NCBI GenBank assembly: GCA_041738615.1
Contig: JBGSPL010000001.1
Coordinates: 10,706-74,705 of the forward strand
Reading direction: 5' to 3'
DNA length: 64,000 bases
Origin: Patescibacteria group bacterium
GTDB lineage: Bacteria > Patescibacteriota > CPR2 > UBA1875 > CAIMLA01
Below, piece after piece: positions 12,166 to 20,498 of the stretch; position 1 is the stretch's first letter; each line of letters starts with the position of its first letter. A program made the translations under genes and the position numbers. The notes below the pieces were generated by a model, which saw nothing but the letters and a program-made list of their open reading frames with translations, was not told where the DNA came from and searched no databases.

Positions 12166-12792
12166 ATGAGAGCGATAAGCCAAAAACCAACCGACCTTTG
12201 GAAAGAGGTCGAGCGAGCACTCGCTGAGCACACAGCCAGTGGGTATAAGATGGCGTGTATCGAAGCAGAAAAAGCTTTTTACTATAAACTGCGTGAAAGA
12301 GGGTATCCAACCAAGAACATAAAACAGGTACTGACTCTTTTTGGGTGGAAACTTTCGAATAAGGAGTCTCTTGCAAAAGCGCTGGAAAAGACCGAGCAGA
12401 TAAAGAACACTTTTGAGTACACTCTCTCTAGCTTTGAGGCAGAAGATATCGTGGCGGCATTCAAGGGTGCGGTTGATGACTTCAGTCACGCAAAAGCACT
12501 TTCCTGGCAGCGCAAACTCACGGTTTTTTGGGATAACTATGTCTCTTACAAGTCATCTTTTGCCAAAATGGCTTCGGTATCTCTTCTCCTATTTTTTCTG
12601 TCAGTGAAGTTTCTATCGTCAACCGGGATAGGCCGTCAGCTTGTCGGCGGTGTTGTGGGGATCGCAGACTTTATCTTTTCTTGGTTTCTTTTGCTACTTG
12701 CCGCTGGAGGAATAGTGGCACTACTTGCCGCCAGTGGTGTAACTTGGTTTGAGAAGCGACAGATTAAGCTAAAAGATTTAAACAATGAATAA
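12166..12792 (+). CDS. HEPN-like paralog of 9699..10154 lacking R-x4-H, with C-terminal TM helices
   Basis: About 23 identities over ~98 columns with the 9699 ORF by manual alignment; two hydrophobic C-terminal segments. Confidence 0.7.
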   Translation: MRAISQKPTDLWKEVERALAEHTASGYKMACIEAEKAFYYKLRERGYPTKNIKQVLTLFGWKLSNKESLAKALEKTEQIKNTFEYTLSSFEAEDIVAAFKGAVDDFSHAKALSWQRKLTVFWDNYVSYKSSFAKMASVSLLLFFLSVKFLSSTGIGRQLVGGVVGIADFIFSWFLLLLAAGGIVALLAASGVTWFEKRQIKLKDLNNE

Positions 12793-13258
12793 ATTTAATT
12801 ACAAACAGCCATTTATTGTGGTGGGCGTATTGGCGGAACGAGACGGAAAGTTCCTATTTGTGCAGGAGGCTGACGGCCCCGACGCAGGTAAATGGAATAT
12901 TCCAGGCGGAACCCTTGACCCAGGGGAGACTCTAGCAGAAGGGGCTGTACGTGAGTTTTGTGAAGAAACAGGGCACGAGGTATCAATAGACGGGATATTG
13001 GGACTATACTACATCACTAAAGAGTATCCAGAGTGGGAAAGTAATGCCCTTCGGGTAGTATTTCGCGGCGTCGTGGGCGAGAAAACTTCTCAACCGTCTG
13101 AGGATATCATTCAGACAAGGTGGGTGGATAGCAAGGAAGTCCAGGGGGCGCTAAGAGACGAGATTAGAAGCAAAGACATAACGGTAATGGTTAAGGATTT
13201 TCAGGAAGATAAGATACTTCCTCTGGATATCATCAATTACCACAAGGAGAAGGCATGA
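12785..13258 (+). CDS. Nudix hydrolase
   Basis: Nudix box GGTLDPGETLAEGAVREFCEETG. Confidence 0.92.
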   Translation: MNKFNYKQPFIVVGVLAERDGKFLFVQEADGPDAGKWNIPGGTLDPGETLAEGAVREFCEETGHEVSIDGILGLYYITKEYPEWESNALRVVFRGVVGEKTSQPSEDIIQTRWVDSKEVQGALRDEIRSKDITVMVKDFQEDKILPLDIINYHKEKA

Positions 13259-13803
13259 TCCATTTTATTACAGGGAATCCAGGAAAACTAAAAGAAGTAA
13301 GGGAAATACTTGGTAATATCCAGATAGAACAGTTGGACATTGACCTACCAGAGATTCAGGAGCTTGATCCGCACAAAGTAATTGCCGCCAAGCTTGCAGA
13401 GGCTCGTAAACATCACAAGGGTGAGATGATAGTAGAGGACACTTCGCTATATCTCGACGCTTTGGGTGGGAAATTACCTGGTCCATTTATCAAGTGGTTT
13501 CTGGAAAGTTTGGGAGCCGAGGGTATTGCAGAGATTGCTACCAGGTACGGAATTCACGGGGCTAAGGCAACCAATCTACTTGGCTACATGGATGCCAATG
13601 GAAACGTAAAGTTTTTTGAGGGTAGCATCAAAGGGAACGTGGTTTATTCTCGCGGAGCCAATGGTTTTGGTTGGGATCCTATATTTCAGCCAGATAAATA
13701 TATCAAGACTATGGCCCAGCTCACAGGCGAAGAGAAGAATAAGATTAGTCATAGACGAATTGCGCTAGAAAAACTTAGGGAGTACCTCGGTGGCAGACGC
13801 TAG
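13255..13803 (+). CDS. rdgB: Non-canonical purine NTP pyrophosphatase (RdgB/Ham1)
   Basis: TGNPGKLKE, VEDTSL, GFGWDPIF, SHR motifs. Confidence 0.93.
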   Translation: MIHFITGNPGKLKEVREILGNIQIEQLDIDLPEIQELDPHKVIAAKLAEARKHHKGEMIVEDTSLYLDALGGKLPGPFIKWFLESLGAEGIAEIATRYGIHGAKATNLLGYMDANGNVKFFEGSIKGNVVYSRGANGFGWDPIFQPDKYIKTMAQLTGEEKNKISHRRIALEKLREYLGGRR

Positions 13804-14116
13804 GTATTTAGTTGTTGAGACGACAGTCGATTCGGCCGCAGAAGCAGATAAATTAGCTTTATTGGTGCTGGATTTTCGTTTGGGTGCATGCGTGCAGGTA
13901 ATTCCTGGGGTCAGTAGTAAGTACTTCTGGAAAGATAAAATTGAGGAAGCGGGTGAGTTTATTCTACGAATAAAGAGTCGGGAAGATAAATATGACGCCT
14001 TAGAGACGTTGATTCTCGCTAATCATCCATATGAAATACCAGAAATAATTGCCGCAAAGGTAAAGAAAATTTCAAAAGGCTACGCCAACTGGCTAGACAC
14101 CGAACTAGACCGCTAA
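13790..14116 (+). CDS. cutA: CutA divalent-cation tolerance protein
   Basis: LGACVQ, S.YFW..KIE, HPYEIPEII. Confidence 0.93.
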   Translation: MADARYLVVETTVDSAAEADKLALLVLDFRLGACVQVIPGVSSKYFWKDKIEEAGEFILRIKSREDKYDALETLILANHPYEIPEIIAAKVKKISKGYANWLDTELDR

Positions 14117-14257
14117 AACAACACAAAAACCGCACTTAATCAAGACTTGTTAGCCCCTAAATAAGGGGCTAAAATAGGTATAGATTTGAGGTGTTCACAC
14201 TACTTTGTAGGGGAACCTTTTATCATAATGGTTCTATTTTTTGTATAAGGGGGAATA

Positions 14258-17200
14258 TTGTCCGCAGCTAAGCCAAAATTTGTTCATTTGCACGTTCATA
14301 CTCATTACTCTCTCCTCGACGGGATGGGCAAAATTCCCGACTACTTGGATCGGGCGAAGGCGCTTGGTATGCCGGCGATGTCTATTACCGACCACGGTGT
14401 TATGTACGGTGCAATCGAGTTCTACAAAGAGGCCAAGAAGCGCGATATCAAACCAATCATTGGATGCGAGTGCTACGTTGCTCCACGGACACTTCACGAT
14501 AAAGAAGCCAGAATCGATAATAGGCCACACCATTTGGTACTACTTGCCAAGAATAACACCGGCTACAAGAATTTGATGAAGCTGGTTACCATCGCCCATA
14601 TCGATGGCTACTATTACAAACCGAGGATCGATAAGGATACTCTGCGGCAGCACTCGGAGGGCCTAATCGGGATGTCTGCATGTCTCAACGGGGAACCTGC
14701 GCGAAATGTTATGAATGGGGATTACGAAAAGGCAAAGGCAGCAGCTCTAGAATACGAAGAAATCTTCGGTAAAGACCACTATTATTTGGAGCTTCAGGAT
14801 CAGCCAGGTGCAGAAGAGCAAACGAGAGCCAACGAGGGCCTCAAGAAGATTGCCAAAGAAACAGGGATTGGACTTGTCGTTACAAATGATGTTCACTACG
14901 TGAACAAAGATGACGCAGAGGCTCAAGACATCCTGCTCTGCGTACAAATGGGCAAGACAGTAAACGACGAAGATCGCATGAAAATGACGATGGACAACAG
15001 TATGCGTACTTACGAGGACCTGTTGGAAGCATTTCCAGACGTTCCCGAGGCTTTCGAAAATACGGTGAAGATAGCTGAAATGTGTGATGTCAGTATAGAG
15101 CTTGGGGGCATCCTGATTCCTGACTACCCAGTCCCAGCAGGTTTCACGGTTAGTGCCTATCTGGAAAAACTTGTAAACGAGGGGGTTTCAAAACGCTACA
15201 AGGAGCGCACACCGGAGCTTGAGGAGCGTTTGAAGTACGAGCTTGGCGTGATAGAACGTATGGAATACCAGGGCTATTTCTTGATAGTTCAGGATTATGT
15301 GAACTGGGCCAAAGACCAAGGAATCATTGTAGGCCCAGGCCGCGGATCAGCGGCTGGATCAGTAGTGGCATACGCGCTAGGGATTGTAGATCTCGAACCG
15401 ATGCAGTATGACCTCCTTTTCGAGAGATTCCTAAATCCAGACCGTATATCCATGCCTGACGTAGATATGGACTTTGCGGATGACAGACGCCATGAGGTAA
15501 TCTCTTATGTAACGGAGAAGTATGGCCAGGATAAGGTGGCACAAATCATAACCTTTGGAACGATGAAGGCTCGCAATGCAATTCGCGATGTAGGACGAGC
15601 ACTCGGTATGGTTTATGGTGATGTGGACCGAGTGGCAAAGATGGTTCCTGAGGTCCTCAACATTCGTCTCAAGGAAGCCCTAGAGACAGGACCAGAGCTG
15701 AGGAAGGCATATAACGAAGAGCCGGAGATCAAGCACCTTATTGATCTAGCGATGAGACTCGAGGGTGTAGCGCGTCATAGTTCTACCCACGCTTGTGCTG
15801 TTGTGATTTCTCGTGACCCCCTGGTCGAGTATGCTCCTCTGCAAAAGGCAACCAAAGGTGATATCGCCATCAATACACAATACGAGATGCACGCGATTGA
15901 AGATCTTGGTCTGCTCAAAATGGACTTCCTGGGTCTTTCCAACCTGACTGTCCTAAACAATGCGATGCGCATAGTCCGCAAGGTATATGGCGATGAGATA
16001 GACCTTTATACCTTACCGACCGACGATAAGAAGACGTATCAACTGCTTTCAAAAGGAGAAACTACTGGTGTTTTCCAATTGGAATCTGCAGGGATGAAGC
16101 GATATATCAAAGAACTAAAGCCTACGGTTTTTGAAGATATCATAGCGATGGTTGCTCTGTATCGCCCAGGTCCTATGGAGAACATCCCTGAGTTTATTGC
16201 TCGTAAGCATGGTAAAAAAGCGATTAAGTATCAGCATCCATTGATGGAGACGGCGCTCAAGAATACTTATGGAATTACCGTATATCAGGAACAGGTCATG
16301 CAGATTTCGAAGGATCTGGGCGGGTTTACTGGGGGACAGGCAGATACTTTGCGTAAGGCTATTGGGAAAAAGATCTCAAAACTGCTCAAGCAGATGCGCA
16401 CAGAATTCGTAGACGGTGCAAAACGTGAACACGATGTACCGCCAAAACTAGGCAACGAGATCTTTGACGGTTGGGAAGCCTTTGCTTCTTACGCTTTCAA
16501 TAAATCTCACGCTGCTTGTTATGCCCTGATTTCATATTGGACAGCGTATCTGAAGGCACACTATCCGGCAGGCTTTATGGCTGCACTGATGACCTCTGAT
16601 TATGGAAATATGGATCGCATTACCATAGAGATCGACGAGTGTCAAAGAATGGGGATCGAGGTTCTTCCCCCCGATGTGAATGAATCATTTGCCGAGTTTG
16701 GCGTCGTTAAAGATACGGGTAAGATTCGTTTTGGTCTCATGGCTGTAAAGAACGTGGGTAAAGGCCCTATAGAAGCTATCCTTGCAGCTCGCGAGGAGGG
16801 TGGCAAATTTGTCTCGATTGAGGATTTTGCCCGACGTGTTCATACGTCAGAGGTCAACAAAAAGATGTTGGAGTCACTCATCAAGTGCGGTGCCATGGAT
16901 TGCCTGGGAGATCGAGGTACATTACTTTCCAATATGGAACGTATCCTAATGTTTAGTACTAAATCGCAAGGCAGCGCCGCAAGCGGGCAGATAGACCTTT
17001 TTGGTGGTCAGGGGATAGAGATGCCACCGCTCAAGCTAGAGCCAGCGCCACGGAAGCTGACAACTCGGGAGCTTCTAGGCTGGGAAAAGGAACTCCTCGG
17101 CATCTATATATCGGCGCACCCCATAAACGAGTACAAAGAGATTTTAATAAAAAATAACATTACCCCGATAGTAGAGCTCACAGAAGAAATGAATAATCAG

Positions 17201-17728
17201 ACCGTTCGGATAGGTGGAATTCTCGTTACCTTGCAGAAGATACAGACCAGAAATAAGCAAACTATGTTTTTTGCGGGATTCGAAGACCACACTGGAAAGA
17301 CAGAGCTGATTGTGTTCCCGAAAATTATCGAAGAAGACGGGATGGACAACTGGGTGATTGGAAAGGCGCTGCTTGTCAGAGGTAAGGTAAGCACCAAAGA
17401 TGCGATGGTAAAGGTAATTGTAGACAAGGCATTAACACTGGAGGGGAGCAATATGATAGGAGAAGACGTTCAGGTGGTGGACCCGCTAATCAATCAATCA
17501 GTTCAGATGGATTCAGATGGGACTGTAAGTATCTATATTCCACGGGGAACGGTGAACGAGGCTTTAAATGACATCAAATATAAGCTAGCAGCTAACAAGG
17601 GAGAAACCCCGGTCGTTGTTTATGTACCAAATGGCGCCACTGGACCCAAGAAGGTGAAGCTACCATTCGGAATCGCCTATAGTGAGAAGCTAGCTGAATC
17701 GATAAGAAAACGATTAAACGCGAACTAA
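14258..17728 (+). CDS. dnaE: DNA polymerase III alpha subunit
   Basis: PHP domain HLHVHTHYSLLDG, GRGSAAGS, SMPDVDMDF, QIDLF clamp motif, OB fold; TTG start. Confidence 0.98.
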   Translation: MSAAKPKFVHLHVHTHYSLLDGMGKIPDYLDRAKALGMPAMSITDHGVMYGAIEFYKEAKKRDIKPIIGCECYVAPRTLHDKEARIDNRPHHLVLLAKNNTGYKNLMKLVTIAHIDGYYYKPRIDKDTLRQHSEGLIGMSACLNGEPARNVMNGDYEKAKAAALEYEEIFGKDHYYLELQDQPGAEEQTRANEGLKKIAKETGIGLVVTNDVHYVNKDDAEAQDILLCVQMGKTVNDEDRMKMTMDNSMRTYEDLLEAFPDVPEAFENTVKIAEMCDVSIELGGILIPDYPVPAGFTVSAYLEKLVNEGVSKRYKERTPELEERLKYELGVIERMEYQGYFLIVQDYVNWAKDQGIIVGPGRGSAAGSVVAYALGIVDLEPMQYDLLFERFLNPDRISMPDVDMDFADDRRHEVISYVTEKYGQDKVAQIITFGTMKARNAIRDVGRALGMVYGDVDRVAKMVPEVLNIRLKEALETGPELRKAYNEEPEIKHLIDLAMRLEGVARHSSTHACAVVISRDPLVEYAPLQKATKGDIAINTQYEMHAIEDLGLLKMDFLGLSNLTVLNNAMRIVRKVYGDEIDLYTLPTDDKKTYQLLSKGETTGVFQLESAGMKRYIKELKPTVFEDIIAMVALYRPGPMENIPEFIARKHGKKAIKYQHPLMETALKNTYGITVYQEQVMQISKDLGGFTGGQADTLRKAIGKKISKLLKQMRTEFVDGAKREHDVPPKLGNEIFDGWEAFASYAFNKSHAACYALISYWTAYLKAHYPAGFMAALMTSDYGNMDRITIEIDECQRMGIEVLPPDVNESFAEFGVVKDTGKIRFGLMAVKNVGKGPIEAILAAREEGGKFVSIEDFARRVHTSEVNKKMLESLIKCGAMDCLGDRGTLLSNMERILMFSTKSQGSAASGQIDLFGGQGIEMPPLKLEPAPRKLTTRELLGWEKELLGIYISAHPINEYKEILIKNNITPIVELTEEMNNQTVRIGGILVTLQKIQTRNKQTMFFAGFEDHTGKTELIVFPKIIEEDGMDNWVIGKALLVRGKVSTKDAMVKVIVDKALTLEGSNMIGEDVQVVDPLINQSVQMDSDGTVSIYIPRGTVNEALNDIKYKLAANKGETPVVVYVPNGATGPKKVKLPFGIAYSEKLAESIRKRLNAN

Positions 17729-17745
17729 AATCAATCTATATTTTT

Positions 17746-17768
17746 GGGAGCCCGCGAGGGCTCTTTTT
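17746..17768 (+). terminator. dnaE terminator
   Basis: GAGCCC-gcga-GGGCTC-TTTTT. Confidence 0.85.
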
Positions 17769-17779
17769 GGATAAAAGTC

Positions 17780-17808
17780 TTGTGCAAAGAGGGGATTTGT
17801 GTTATAAT
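17780..17808 (+). promoter_or_regulatory. Promoter of cassette 1
   Basis: TTGTGC-17-TATAAT with extended TGn. Confidence 0.7.
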
Positions 17809-17932
17809 CTTTTTTGTCAATCTGTACCCAAACCAATCGATTGGAGGATGAGGCCGATGCCTCACGATGCAAGTCCGTAGGATGGTCCTGCCCAAAGAGG
17901 GGACCAGAAACTACGGAAGTAATAGGGGAACC

Positions 17933-18139
17933 ATGTTCCAGACGGAAGATGAGCGGCGTATGTCGCTCGAACAGGCGCTTCGTGAAGTCGAGTACTTCAT
18001 CGCCAAGGGCGAAGCCTATATTAGGGAGCACGTTGATCACCTGGTGAAGGTTCTTACCCCGCATCACGAGGAGCCGGCTATCCAGGAGTTCGTCTCCAAC
18101 TACCAGATCGAGCTTGCAACCGAGACCGTCGAGTCGTAG
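17933..18139 (+). CDS. Orphan helical microprotein (68 aa), cassette 1
   Basis: AGGGGA RBS before ATG 17933; GC3-rich codons; resembles 18158 and 53011 ORFs. Confidence 0.7.
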   Translation: MFQTEDERRMSLEQALREVEYFIAKGEAYIREHVDHLVKVLTPHHEEPAIQEFVSNYQIELATETVES

Positions 18140-18157
18140 CCGAAAGGAACTGTAGTC

Positions 18158-18376
18158 ATGACGGGGTCCACTTGCACTGAAAGCACGCATGTCCCGCTTG
18201 CAGAGGCTGATCCGCTCACCCTCGCGCGTCGCATGATGCGACACTACGTGGAGGGTGAACACAACCGTCCGATGTCGGACATCTGCAAGCGAGTCTACGC
18301 AGGCTGGATGCGTGATCACGTCAGTGATCCCGACATCGCCGCCTTCGTGGAACTTCACGGTCTTCAGGCTGCCTAG
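18158..18376 (+). CDS. Orphan helical microprotein (72 aa), cassette 1
   Basis: AAGGA RBS; shares L..A.R and H...P.I..FV pattern with the upstream ORF. Confidence 0.7.
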   Translation: MTGSTCTESTHVPLAEADPLTLARRMMRHYVEGEHNRPMSDICKRVYAGWMRDHVSDPDIAAFVELHGLQAA

Positions 18377-18401
18377 CGGTCTGATCGATTAGGTTTACTG
18401 A

Positions 18402-18521
18402 CTTCCAGGCAACCCGTGATGGGTCCCTGAGGAAGATAGAGGTTGGTAAGGTGGAATACACTGTCCCGTAGGTGATTGTTCCGAGCTTTCGGAGCATGAT
18501 ATGGCGCAGTCCCACCCGACC
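18402..18521 (+). ncRNA. Candidate structured RNA (two long hairpins) in 3' region of cassette 1
   Basis: CTTCC/GGAAG with ACCC/GGGT; rod GGTTGG/CCGACC, GTGG/CCAC, ACTG/CAGT, CCGTA/TATGG, TGTTCCGA/TCGGAGCA with G-U pairs on + strand. Confidence 0.45.
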
Positions 18522-18527
18522 CATTAT

Positions 18528-18561
18528 GAGCACAAATGCGAAAGAGCGTTTGTGCTCTTTT
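18528..18561 (+). terminator. Cassette 1 terminator
   Basis: GAGCACAAATGC-gaaaga-GCGTTTGTGCTC-TTTT. Confidence 0.8.
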
Positions 18562-18578
18562 CGTTATAGACAAAATGA

Positions 18579-18607
18579 TTGACTATCGGCCAATATTTAG
18601 CTATAAT
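18579..18607 (+). promoter_or_regulatory. rplS promoter
   Basis: TTGACT-17-TATAAT. Confidence 0.8.
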
Positions 18608-18665
18608 AGTTCTCGCGTATTTAGTCCGCGAACAACCATAAATTTCGAACGGACAGGGAGTAGTT

Positions 18666-19340
18666 ATGAAAGCAATCGAAGCTATGAATCAGAAAATGTT
18701 GAAGAACGTACCAGAGCTAAAGCCTGGTGATACTGTTCGCGTACACACCAAGATCATCGAGGGTAGCAAGGAACGTATCCAGGTATTTGAGGGAGTTGTA
18801 CTTAGGGTAAAGGGTGGTGGAATCAATCAGACTTTCACTGTTCGTAAGCTTTCGTATGGTATTGGCGTAGAGCGTACTTTCCTTATTCAGTCACCAAAGG
18901 TAGCAAAGATCGAAATAAAGAAGAGAGCCAACGTTCGTCGTGCATATCTTACTTATCTACGCGCACTTCGTGGTAAGGCAGCCAAGCTTAAGGACCTCAA
19001 GTTTGACGCCCTGGCAGCAAACTATGTAGAACCAGAGCTTACAGCAGAGGATCTCGCGCCAGCAGCTGAGGAAATTACCGACGAGGCAATCACAGAGATT
19101 ATTGCGGAGGAGGCAGCAGAGGAAGCTGTTATTTCAGAAGAGGTTTCTACTGAAGACATCGCAGAAGCTGAGAATAGCGAAGAGGCCAAGGATGAGCCCA
19201 CTGACGCCGCTGAGACAGATCACCAGGTTGCCCAGGAAGAGGAAGTAGAGGCTGGAATTGAAAAAGCCGAAGCAGACCTTGAAAAGGGTAAGGATGGTGA
19301 AGGAGCCACAGCCGAGAAAACAGTCGAAGACGTACAATAA
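18666..19340 (+). CDS. rplS: 50S ribosomal protein L19 with long acidic C-terminal extension
   Basis: [42 protein letters not shown]. Confidence 0.97.
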   Translation: MKAIEAMNQKMLKNVPELKPGDTVRVHTKIIEGSKERIQVFEGVVLRVKGGGINQTFTVRKLSYGIGVERTFLIQSPKVAKIEIKKRANVRRAYLTYLRALRGKAAKLKDLKFDALAANYVEPELTAEDLAPAAEEITDEAITEIIAEEAAEEAVISEEVSTEDIAEAENSEEAKDEPTDAAETDHQVAQEEEVEAGIEKAEADLEKGKDGEGATAEKTVEDVQ

Positions 19341-19350
19341 TTATTACTTT

Positions 19351-19377
19351 AAAAAGAGCCCAGACGGGCTCTTTTTT
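19351..19377 (+). terminator. rplS terminator
   Basis: AAAAAGAGCCC-agac-GGGCTCTTTTTT. Confidence 0.85.
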
Positions 19378-19394
19378 GATGGTATAATCAATCT

Positions 19395-20015
19395 ATGAAA
19401 AGACCCAACCTCAAAAGAGAAAAACAGCTTTGGTCGGAAGGCATACTAAATATTGGGGGTATTGACGAAGCGGGGCGTGGTGCCTGGGCAGGACCAGTAG
19501 TCGCGGCCGTGGTCGTGCTACCAGAAGGCCACAAGCAGCACCGTAAGGTCGCTGATTCTAAGTTGCTCTCTGCCGCACAAAGAGCCGAGCTTTATGAATT
19601 TATTACAGACAACGCGCTAGACTTTGGAATTGGTATTGTCTCGCACCAAGTTATTGACGAGATAGGGATCCTAGCTGCCACGAAACTTGCAGCAAAACAG
19701 GCAGTCGAAATGCTAAGAGACCCGCCAGAATACTTGCTTTGTGACGCATTAGATCTAAATCAACAGATATCAGTGAGCCAGGAAGCTATCATAAAGGGTG
19801 ATCAAAAGATTTATTCAATTTCTTGTGCTTCTATTCTAGCTAAGGTTACCAGAGATAATCTTATGTCTTCCTTAGGCGGAGAGTATGATTGTTATGAATT
19901 CTCCAGGCATAAAGGCTATGGGACCAAGTTGCATCGGGAGAATCTACGCAAATACGGGGTTTCAGACATACATAGACTTAGCTATAAGCCAGTGAAGGCG
20001 CTTCTCGGTGAGTAG
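19395..20015 (+). CDS. rnhB: Ribonuclease HII
   Basis: GIDEAGRGAWAGPV, DSK.L, ASILAKVTRD, HKGYGT. Confidence 0.97.
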   Translation: MKRPNLKREKQLWSEGILNIGGIDEAGRGAWAGPVVAAVVVLPEGHKQHRKVADSKLLSAAQRAELYEFITDNALDFGIGIVSHQVIDEIGILAATKLAAKQAVEMLRDPPEYLLCDALDLNQQISVSQEAIIKGDQKIYSISCASILAKVTRDNLMSSLGGEYDCYEFSRHKGYGTKLHRENLRKYGVSDIHRLSYKPVKALLGE

Positions 20016-20361
20016 AGAGGCGGGAAACATAGGCGAAGACGAGGCAGTGATTGTCCTTCAGAATGCTGGCTATCAGATACTAGAGAGAAATTTCTTTGCC
20101 CGGGTAGGTGAGATTGACGTAGTTGCACTGGACGGGAAGACAGTTTGTTTTGTTGAGGTTAAGAAACGTGCCTATGATAGTTTTGGTGGCGGTGCAGCGG
20201 CCATTAGTAAAACAAAAATTCAGAAGATTCTGAAATCGGCAAAAAGATATCTGTACAACAATAACTTGCTAGATAGGGATTATCGCCTGGACGCAGTAAT
20301 TATTAGTGGTAGCACGGAGCCGGAGATTATCAAGAATATCTATACCGAGGGGATGTCCTAA
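20008..20361 (+). CDS. yraN: YraN/UPF0102 family putative endonuclease
   Basis: GY.ILERNF...GEIDVVA......FVEVK; follows rnhB. Confidence 0.9.
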   Translation: MSREAGNIGEDEAVIVLQNAGYQILERNFFARVGEIDVVALDGKTVCFVEVKKRAYDSFGGGAAAISKTKIQKILKSAKRYLYNNNLLDRDYRLDAVIISGSTEPEIIKNIYTEGMS

Positions 20362-20362
20362 C

Positions 20363-20440
20363 TTGACAAGACCAAGTCTTTCACGTAGAATATTTAGGTA
20401 CAGAGATTTGTCGGGTTCCGTAGCGGAATGCGACTTTTTT
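20363..20440 (+). promoter_or_regulatory. nusA promoter followed by terminator-like leader hairpin
   Basis: TTGACA-17-TAGAAT (20363-20391), then GTCG.GTTCCG/CGGAAT.CGAC-TTTTTT (20410-20440). Confidence 0.65.
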
Positions 20441-20498
20441 GTTCAAAAGAGGAAAATTAAATAATATGGCCCAATAAAGGGCTAAGAAGGAGAGACCC

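Noticed and set aside
14258-17728. Intein or intron in dnaE (also considered for rpoB/rpoC)
   Set aside because: Lengths are normal and motifs contiguous; no splicing-domain signatures.
17877-17917. Hammerhead-like look (stem, GAAA, stem) in cassette-1 leader
   Set aside because: No CUGANGA core and no NUH cleavage triplet in the required position.
17714-18358. 214-aa minus-strand ORF over cassette 1
   Set aside because: Promoter, RBSs and terminator all favour the + strand ORFs; long antisense frames are expected in GC3-rich DNA.
18431-18450. GAAGATAGAGGT resembles the start of a lysine riboswitch
   Set aside because: Downstream conserved elements are missing and it lies 3' of ORFs, upstream of a terminator and a separate rplS promoter.
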